A DNA stretch of 14,037 nucleotides from an archaeon. Its GTDB lineage: Archaea > EX4484-52 > B79-G9. Numbering within the stretch: the first letter of the stretch is position 1; every line of letters starts with the position of its first letter. This document shows, in pieces, positions 1 through 5,758 of the stretch. A program made the translations under genes and the position numbers. The stretch spans positions 1 to 14,037 of the forward strand of contig JBDRKP010000016.1 of NCBI GenBank assembly GCA_043813875.1, given 5' to 3'. The notes under the pieces were generated by a model. That model searched no databases and was not told where the DNA came from. It saw nothing but the letters and a program-made list of their open reading frames with translations.

Positions 1-74
1 GTGTCTATCGCTCTTGCCAGTGTCGTCCCGATGGCTCCGCAGCCGATGATTCCGATTTTCAGCATGGTCTGCAT
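1..74 (-). CDS. nadX: Probable L-aspartate dehydrogenase (NadX), N-terminal fragment running off the left edge; alternative start ATG at 65
   Basis: Not in the ORF track. My translation of the reverse complement is MQTMLKIGIIGCGAIGTTLARAID..., a Rossmann GxGxxG (GCGAIG) start typical of aspartate dehydrogenase. It begins 4 nt after the nadC stop (79-81). Confidence 0.7.
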   Translation of the reverse strand, partial: MQTMLKIGIIGCGAIGTTLARAID

Positions 75-78
75 GGTG

Positions 79-894
79 TCACGTCCTTATCTTCAATGAG
101 TAGTCGAAGCGCGGCGCTGAGGAGGTGATTGCGCCGACTGATATGTAGTCTACGCCTGTCTTGTCTATCTCTGCGATGTTACTTAAATTTACTCCGCCGG
201 AGGCTTCGGTTTTTGCTCTCCTGCCTATCAATTTCACTGCTTTTTTCATTTCGCCGGTGGTCATGTTGTCGAGCATGATTATGTCTGCGCTCCCGTCTTT
301 CAGGACATCGCTCACTTCTTCTATTGTCGTGCATTCGATCTCTATTTTTTTGCCTGGTATTTCCTTTGCTAACCGAAGAGCATTTTTTATGCCTACTGCT
401 GCTTTTATGTGGTTGTCTTTTATGAGCATCATGTCGTATAGGCCTCTGCGGTGATTTTTGCCACCACCGCATCTGACTGCGTATTTTTCCAGCTCTCTTA
501 GGAGCGGTGTTGTCTTTCTTGTGTCGAGGACTTGTGCGTTTTTGCAGAGTCTTGTGAATTCATTTGTGTATGTCGCGATGCCTGAGAGATGGCCGAGGAA
601 GTTTAGGGCGGTGCGCTCTGCTTTAAGTATCGTTTTTGCGCTGCCTGTGATCTTTGCTATGTCTTCGCCTTTTTTAACTCTATCCGTGTCTTTTTTTAGC
701 TTTTCGAAGGCGATGTCTTTGTCGAGCGCTTTGAATGCTTTTTCTGCTATGTCGAGGCCTGAGACGATGCCGTCCTGTTTTGCGGTTATGTATGCGTCGA
801 CAGTGATGTCTTTTTTGAATATCGCTTCTGTCGTGATGTCGCCTGTGCCTATGTCTTCTTTGAGCGCTGCTTTTATCAGGTTGTCAGTGTCCAT
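79..894 (-). CDS. nadC: Nicotinate-nucleotide pyrophosphorylase (carboxylating) / quinolinate phosphoribosyltransferase
   Basis: 271 aa with QAPRTase motifs ALKEDIGTGDITT, ERTALNFLGHLSGIAT, DTRKTTP, HRRGLYDMMLIKDNH, IMLDNM, EASGGV and VDYISVGA. Confidence 0.97.
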   Translation of the reverse strand: MDTDNLIKAALKEDIGTGDITTEAIFKKDITVDAYITAKQDGIVSGLDIAEKAFKALDKDIAFEKLKKDTDRVKKGEDIAKITGSAKTILKAERTALNFLGHLSGIATYTNEFTRLCKNAQVLDTRKTTPLLRELEKYAVRCGGGKNHRRGLYDMMLIKDNHIKAAVGIKNALRLAKEIPGKKIEIECTTIEEVSDVLKDGSADIIMLDNMTTGEMKKAVKLIGRRAKTEASGGVNLSNIAEIDKTGVDYISVGAITSSAPRFDYSLKIRT

Positions 895-996
895 GTTGGT
901 TACCTTTTATCTGATATGTCTGGTATTTTCATGTTTTTTAGATTTTGGTAAATTAACTTTATTAGAGTTGTTTTTTCAGCTGTGTTATTATCTTTT

Positions 997-1303
997 TTAT
1001 ATATTCTTTTTATGGGGTTCTTTTGTCTCGCCTAGTTTTTTTTCGTAGAGGTCTATGAAGAGGAATCTTATGTCCCATGAGAGGTTGGTCATGGTGCTGG
1101 TGTTTTCAATCTCTGATAATATGCGGTCTATCTTTTCGGATTCATCTATTGAATAGGATCTGAGGAGGTTTATGTCTGTTATGTTGAAGATCTCTTCAAA
1201 TGGCTGATGCATATCGTTTTTTGATTTCAGAATAAAATTTTTTTCTTTCTTCTATTTTTTCTAATTTTCCGTTTAAATCGTATATTTCGAGCAATTCTTT
1301 CAT
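997..1303 (-). pseudogene. Possible degraded NUDIX-family hydrolase in two overlapping out-of-frame fragments (1196-1303 and 997-1212)
   Basis: An unlisted 35-aa ORF at 1303-1196 (MKELLEIYDLNGKLEKIEERKKFYSEIKKRYASAI*) has the E-L-L-x-I-Y-D-x-N-G start of IDI-1-like NUDIX proteins. It overlaps the 71-aa ORF 997-1212 in another frame. No Nudix box is visible, and the family call is from memory. Confidence 0.4.
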
Positions 1304-1383
1304 ATTTAAGACATTATCGACGGCTGTTTATTAAATTATGGTTATGGTTCGACCACAATTACCTTTGATATATTTAACTTGTT

Positions 1384-2505
1384 TTAGTGTTTTATTGTAT
1401 CCTTTTTGTGTTTTTTTTGCATTATTTTTGTGTCTGAATTAATTCTTTTTAACATAGCTGCTGTTAGAGCATCACTAAATACGATCGTGTTATTTGATGT
1501 CTGTATTTCTTTCCAGAGCTCTTCTGGCAGCTTAGATATACCCGAATCAAGTTCTTTGTGATATTGTTGCCATGGGATGTCGATTTTAATTGGCTTGTGA
1601 TTAGTTTTATATGATATTTCTATGCATCCGTCAGTGTATGATATCACCATGTCTGGTTCGGATTCTTCGTTAAATGATACGTCCAGTTCATCACTCTGAT
1701 TCAATCGCACTTTTACAGCATATGGGATGTAACAGTTGTTTGTGTCTTTTTTACCTTCCAGTGTTAATCTTATTTTGGAGTCGTCTTTTTCTTTTAAATA
1801 TGTGGCGCATAAATATGTGATTTCTGTGATTCTATCTGAATCAATGTTTTTTAGTTCAAGTATGTTTTTAGCAAGTGCGTTGATTAAGGATGTGTATATT
1901 GACTCGTTTTCTTTACTGAGTGCACTATATATTGTTGCTATGAGAAACGGATATATGTCCTGCTCGAATGACGTACCCTGTATGTTTATTGTGTCATCTT
2001 TAGACTTTATCTTGGATAATTTGCTTTGAGATGGATTCTTAACTGTGATGATTCTGCTGTTGGTGTTGTAGTCTAAGTATTTGGGTATGATTGATGTCTC
2101 GTCTCCGACAAGAAGTATTCCGGGAATATTGTAAAGAATGGCTCGGTCTAAGTCCTCATAGACAGTGCCTGTTGTGCCGGAGGATGTCAAAAGAAATGCG
2201 AAATCGTATTTGTCATCCAGTTCTTTTTTGTCGTGTGTTGAAGATATCTCGATTTCTTTTCCTGCTTGTTTTGCAATCTTTTTGCAAACTTCCATTCCAT
2301 AACGGCCTATTGCGCCGCTTCTGCCTCTGGCTGAAACGTATATCCTGAAAGGGTCAGTGCCGTCGTGATCATCAAGAGTTTTTTTGAAATTTGTGATTGC
2401 TTTGATAACTTGTTCGTAAGGTGTTCTTTCAGGTAGTCGCCATGCTTTGTTGTAGTATGTATGAATGGCTTTGTCAAATGTGTGAAGGCTGCTCATCGTA
2501 GTCAC
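1384..2505 (-). CDS. SIS-domain protein resembling 6-phospho-3-hexuloisomerase, apparently two tandem Phi-like units; start GTG 2505 or ATG 2496
   Basis: RIYVSARGRSGAIG (cf. Phi IFVxGAGRSG), AFLLTSSGTT (cf. ISGSGET), QGTSFEQ (cf. LGTLFE), and C-terminal FSDALTAAMLKRINSDTKIMQKKH (cf. FLDAVIAxLM...M++RH). At 373 aa it is about twice Phi length. Confidence 0.65.
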   Translation of the reverse strand: MTTMSSLHTFDKAIHTYYNKAWRLPERTPYEQVIKAITNFKKTLDDHDGTDPFRIYVSARGRSGAIGRYGMEVCKKIAKQAGKEIEISSTHDKKELDDKYDFAFLLTSSGTTGTVYEDLDRAILYNIPGILLVGDETSIIPKYLDYNTNSRIITVKNPSQSKLSKIKSKDDTINIQGTSFEQDIYPFLIATIYSALSKENESIYTSLINALAKNILELKNIDSDRITEITYLCATYLKEKDDSKIRLTLEGKKDTNNCYIPYAVKVRLNQSDELDVSFNEESEPDMVISYTDGCIEISYKTNHKPIKIDIPWQQYHKELDSGISKLPEELWKEIQTSNNTIVFSDALTAAMLKRINSDTKIMQKKHKKDTIKH

Positions 2506-2521
2506 CAGAGGTAGACCTCTG
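2506..2521. promoter_or_regulatory. Perfect palindrome CAGAGGT-AG-ACCTCTG, a candidate operator between a TATA-like box and the SIS gene start
   Basis: 7-bp arms with a 2-bp spacer. The minus-strand TTATTATAA (2530-2522) lies immediately upstream and the GTG start (2505) immediately downstream. Confidence 0.45.
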
Positions 2522-2551
2522 TTATAATAACTTGTTGGTAACTATTTATCT

Positions 2552-3136
2552 TTATTGGATGTCCAGTTCGTCTTTTATGTGCGATATTGCGTTTTTTACG
2601 AGAAGATAGTTTTCCTGCGCCTTTATTTTGCTTTCATCGAAGAACATTGCCTGATAGTTTTCGTCTATGAATCTTTCTGCTGCGTTTATCACTTCTTTTG
2701 TGCTGTTGTAGGGGAGGCGGAAGGACATTGTTACGAAGCGCAGGAAGCCGTGCATCGTGATGCGTTCGAGCGCCTCGGCATCGAAAAGGATTTTGTCTTC
2801 AGAAGATTCCGGTTTTCCTTCAATTGTCCAGTCTCTTATGGTGTGTCTTTTTATGATTTTTGCTATCCTGTTTCTTTTGACTGCTGGATAGTTTTGATCT
2901 CTTAAGAATGTATCGCAGATGTTTGCGCTTTCGACTGAGTGTGTCGCGATGTTTTTGCCGTCAAAGGCTATGTCGTGGAATATCGCGGATATTTCGAGAA
3001 GCTCTTCGTTGCCGCTGTGGAGCCTTGAGAGCCATTTCACGTGTTCTATGACGCGCATCGCATGCGGATAGCCGGTCATCGGGTCGGGGCCGTATTTTGT
3101 AACAGCGAATTTTCTGGATTCTTCTATTATGGACAT
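2552..3136 (-). CDS. HD-domain metal-dependent phosphohydrolase
   Basis: 194 aa with H..RV (PHAMRV), AIFHDI, HSVESA, IIKRH and EDKILFDAEALERI, following the H...HD...D superfamily layout. The last Asp of DAD is replaced by Glu. Confidence 0.9.
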   Translation of the reverse strand: MSIIEESRKFAVTKYGPDPMTGYPHAMRVIEHVKWLSRLHSGNEELLEISAIFHDIAFDGKNIATHSVESANICDTFLRDQNYPAVKRNRIAKIIKRHTIRDWTIEGKPESSEDKILFDAEALERITMHGFLRFVTMSFRLPYNSTKEVINAAERFIDENYQAMFFDESKIKAQENYLLVKNAISHIKDELDIQ

Positions 3137-3295
3137 GTGTTATATCTGGTTCTGCAAGGTTTTATTTTTAGTGGAATGTATTTGCGTCTTGAGTTTGTTG
3201 GTTATATTTTTGTTGTTCCTTTTTGCAGAGCAAAAGCCACTTTCTCGCTAGGATTTAGGGATTGCCTGTCGTCGTGGGGGCTCAAATTTTATTGA

Positions 3296-3378
3296 ACTTA
3301 ACTTCTGGAATTTTACGACGTTTTCCGAAGGAAAATGTGGATGAAGCGACAGCGAAATCGTAAAATTCTATGTTACAC
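3296..3378 (-). repeat. attC-like recombination site (83 bp)
   Basis: On the minus strand: R'' GTGTAAC (3378-3372), a short spacer, GAATTTTACGA pairing perfectly with TCGTAAAATTC (11 bp) around an inner hairpin TTTTCC-TTC-GGAAAA, then R' GTTAAGT (3302-3296), which fits GTTRRRY. It lies downstream of ORF 3458-4015 in the same orientation. Confidence 0.75.
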
Positions 3379-3457
3379 TCCCGTAACCAATTGCATTAAC
3401 GGTTGAGCATCGCAGCCCTCAAGCGAGGAGCGGACAAGTAAATTTGAAGTCTGTGAA

Positions 3458-4015
3458 TTAGTGGGCAGTTTTCCTTAAGACGATATCGCTCAAATTTTTA
3501 ACGTCTTCACTAGATAGTATTGGATTATACACATATCTCTTACCGTTTCCAGCAGACACATACTTTGCACCCAGTAATTTCAATATTTGTTCTACTTGTT
3601 CGTTAGACAGTTGCATTTCGTGCTTATTATTTAAAAAAACGAGATTTTGGAAGCCCTCGCTGGAACCCCTCATTTTCCAATCAACTAACTGTTGAAATTC
3701 AGACCCGTCATCGGGAAACGAATTAATATAATCAAAGACTAATAACTCTTTAGTGTCAACGATAACATAGAATATTTTCATACGTGGATATGCTTCTTTT
3801 TGAATCCGCGTTAAGGCAGCCCATGCATAGATTTTTTCATTAATTTGTTTTAAGTCTTTCAGATGTTGCTTTAGTTGTTTGTTGTTAATTTGTTCAATGT
3901 TTTCAAAACTAATCTCGTTTCTTAATGAAACATTTAGGTTGTTATCAGTGGAACCAGACCCTTTGAATATTCTTATCCCCGCTTTTTTGGAAACAAAATC
4001 TTTTTCAGTTAACAT
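3458..4015 (-). CDS. Hypothetical cassette protein, possibly a stand-alone PUA/EVE-like nucleic-acid-binding domain
   Basis: 185-aa ORF with its own TATA-like box. The pattern SLRNEI...KIYAWAA...M..FYVIV...W...G..F.NLVFL...LKLLG.KY recalls PUA-superfamily domains found N-terminal to HNH/McrB-type nucleases. The CDS is likely real; the function is tentative. Confidence 0.7.
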   Translation of the reverse strand: MLTEKDFVSKKAGIRIFKGSGSTDNNLNVSLRNEISFENIEQINNKQLKQHLKDLKQINEKIYAWAALTRIQKEAYPRMKIFYVIVDTKELLVFDYINSFPDDGSEFQQLVDWKMRGSSEGFQNLVFLNNKHEMQLSNEQVEQILKLLGAKYVSAGNGKRYVYNPILSSEDVKNLSDIVLRKTAH

Positions 4016-4036
4016 TTATAATGATTTGATTTTGAG

Positions 4037-4053
4037 ATTTAAATTTTTTTTGG
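4037..4053 (-). promoter_or_regulatory. Putative archaeal BRE/TATA promoter of the cassette ORF
   Basis: Minus-strand A-run followed by TTTAAAT, about 25 nt upstream of the ATG at 4015. This spacing fits a leaderless archaeal transcript. Confidence 0.5.
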
Positions 4054-4100
4054 TACTTTGATGAAAAATTGCCCTCTGCAAAAGTTAGGACTTCAAATTT

Positions 4101-4129
4101 ATTGGAGTTTAACAACTATTAAATCGAAT
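4101..4129. other. dif-like/attI-like tyrosine-recombinase site (hybrid junction)
   Basis: Plus strand ATTGGAGTTTAA-CAACTA-TTAAATCGAAT: inverted TAA/TTA-ended arms around a 6-bp spacer, with the cassette crossover at the arm/spacer boundary. Confidence 0.6.
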
Positions 4130-4130
4130 G

Positions 4131-4205
4131 TTTTGGCTATTTTGTCCTGATTTGGGTGATAAAGACGACTTTTTTGTCTGTTTTGTCCTTGTCTGGGTGA
4201 TAAAG
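4131..4205. repeat. Two 34-bp direct repeats, period 41 bp (4131-4164 and 4172-4205)
   Basis: ttttggctattttgtcctgatttgggtgataaag vs ttttgtctgttttgtccttgtctgggtgataaag, 29/34 identical, with a shared TGGGTGATAAAG end. Confidence 0.85.
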
Positions 4206-4269
4206 CGCACTCATTACGTTTAATACCATTATTTCGGGTAAAAAGCCTACGATTCATGTTTTTTGGTAT

Positions 4270-4288
4270 ATACAATATGATATTGTAT
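4270..4288. promoter_or_regulatory. Perfect AT-rich palindrome ATACAATAT-G-ATATTGTAT, a candidate protein-binding site
   Basis: 9-bp arms with a 1-bp spacer, in the intergenic region between the gatD stop and the direct repeats. Confidence 0.35.
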
Positions 4289-4354
4289 TGTTAGAAAGAT
4301 GTGAGAGCAAAATATTCTGGGGTTATAGGTTTTTAGATGGCAGGACTGTTATTT

Positions 4355-5698
4355 TTAGTACAAAAAGGTCCTTACGTCGGTCTTTTCGGTGAGTTCGCCT
4401 GCTATGTTTTCCAGCATCATCTCTTTTGCGCGCTTCTGGTCAGATGTATGGCCGAGAACCCAGCCTAGCTTTACATAGGCGGTTTCAGGGAGCATGTCCT
4501 CTAGGTGGATGACGCCCAGGTCCTCGACTTTGCGGCCTTCGCTGTAGACTAGCGGGTCTAGGCGCCCGTATAAGGTCTGGGCTGCTGCGCATATGACTAC
4601 GCCTTTTGAGATTGCGTTTTTTATGGCGGGGAGCCAGTTGTATCTTGATTCGTCTGTCGCTATGTGGCCTAGTCCGGTGGCTTCGATCACTATGCCTTTG
4701 TAGCCGTCTTTTACAAGGAAATCTATGAGCGAGGGGCTTGCGCCGGGATAGTATTTGATGAGCGCTACTTTTTCCTCGAATTTTGTGTCTGTCTCTGTCT
4801 TTTTGTCTGTCCTTTTGTGATAGTTGTCGTTTAGGATTTCGATTTTGCCTGTGGAATCTATTTTTGCGATGGGGAGGTCGTTTATCGGCCTGAATGTGTG
4901 CCTTGCTGATGTGTGCATCTTGCGCACTTTTGTGCCGCGGTTGAGGAGGCAGTATGTGTCTGATGATTCGCCGTGGCCACAGAGCATGACTTCTGCGATG
5001 TCGGAGTGTCCAGCGGCGTAGGCTGCGCATGTCAGGTTAAGGACTGTGTCTGTGCTTCCCCTGTCTGTTGATTTCTGGGAGTATGTGAGTACAACCGGTT
5101 TTGAGAGGTTCTTCAGCATGAATGATAGGGCGGCTGCTGTGTAGTGGAGCGTGTCTGTCCCGTGGGTTATGATTACGCCGGCTGATCCGTTGTTCAATAG
5201 TTCTGCTGTTTTTTCTGCGAGTTGCTGCCAGTGGGTGGCGCTCATGTTTTCTGATGCGATGAGGAACGGTTTTTCAATCTTTTGCATGTCTACGATCTTT
5301 TCGAGTTCAGGGACAATGCTTAAGAGCTGGCCCGGCTCCATCAGCCATTTTACGCCGCCGGTCTCGTAGGAGATTCTTGAGCTTATGGTTCCACCGGTTG
5401 CTATCATTGATATCTTTGGGAGGCCCTCTTTTGATTTTATGTCGATTGACGGGAATATCTCTAGTCTCTTTCCGGGGGATATTTTTTCGATTGCGGCGCC
5501 ATTTTTATAGTTTATGCCGATATTATAGCCCGAGTCCTGTTTCAGTATTATCGTGCTGCTCTCCTTTTCGGGGCGCGGGATGATGATGCCTTCGTGCACT
5601 TCTTCTCCTCTTGTGATGCGGATCTTGTCGCCCAGGGCGATCTTTTTTTCTTTCAGGATTTTTTCGATCTCTTTTGTGTACATGATGACCACTTTCAT
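4355..5698 (-). CDS. gatD: Glutamyl-tRNA(Gln) amidotransferase subunit D; the true start may be the ATG at 5683
   Basis: N-terminal GatD domain (GDKIRI...EGIIIPR...IILKQDSGYNIGI) followed by an asparaginase-like core: TGGTISSR, SENM, HGTDT, SQKSTDRGSTD, RGTKVRKMHTS, DMLPETAYVKLGWVLG. Confidence 0.97.
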   Translation of the reverse strand: MKVVIMYTKEIEKILKEKKIALGDKIRITRGEEVHEGIIIPRPEKESSTIILKQDSGYNIGINYKNGAAIEKISPGKRLEIFPSIDIKSKEGLPKISMIATGGTISSRISYETGGVKWLMEPGQLLSIVPELEKIVDMQKIEKPFLIASENMSATHWQQLAEKTAELLNNGSAGVIITHGTDTLHYTAAALSFMLKNLSKPVVLTYSQKSTDRGSTDTVLNLTCAAYAAGHSDIAEVMLCGHGESSDTYCLLNRGTKVRKMHTSARHTFRPINDLPIAKIDSTGKIEILNDNYHKRTDKKTETDTKFEEKVALIKYYPGASPSLIDFLVKDGYKGIVIEATGLGHIATDESRYNWLPAIKNAISKGVVICAAAQTLYGRLDPLVYSEGRKVEDLGVIHLEDMLPETAYVKLGWVLGHTSDQKRAKEMMLENIAGELTEKTDVRTFLY

Positions 5699-5758
5699 TA
5701 ATTACGGTATAATACTTAAAAATGTTGATTCTTTGTTCTTTATTGTTGTTCTTTGTTT

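Larger units (their letters stand above)
3302..4112 (-). mobile_element. Integron-type gene cassette (811 bp): one ORF plus attC, bounded by G|TT junctions
   Basis: Starts at G|TTAAAC (4113-4107, GTTRRRY) and ends at G|TTAAGT. The cassette start GTTAAACTCC is 9/10 complementary to GGAGTGTAAC at R'', as expected for a cassette's own circular attC. The region is visibly more AT-rich than gatD or nadC. Confidence 0.7.

Noticed and set aside
161..1048. ORFs 161-454 (+), 179-472 (-) and 458-1048 (+)
   Set aside because: Shadow or alternate frames of nadC with no recognisable motifs.
997..3136. HD, SIS and NUDIX-like genes as further cassettes
   Set aside because: I found no attC-like AAC...GTT hairpins in the short gaps after these genes.
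3290..3460. tRNA or other structural RNA gene
   Set aside because: No cloverleaf or T-loop GTTCRA; the structure is better explained as attC-like DNA.
3439..4101. IS/MITE defined by the 13-bp inverted repeats
   Set aside because: The enclosed ORF has no transposase motifs and I saw no target-site duplication.
4131..4205. Direct repeats as a mini CRISPR array
   Set aside because: Only two imperfect copies separated by 7 bp, which is too short for a spacer, and no cas genes are present.
4206..4354. Integron integrase gene or remnant upstream of the cassette
   Set aside because: Only ~150 bp are available, with no ORF of meaningful length and no tyrosine-recombinase motif.
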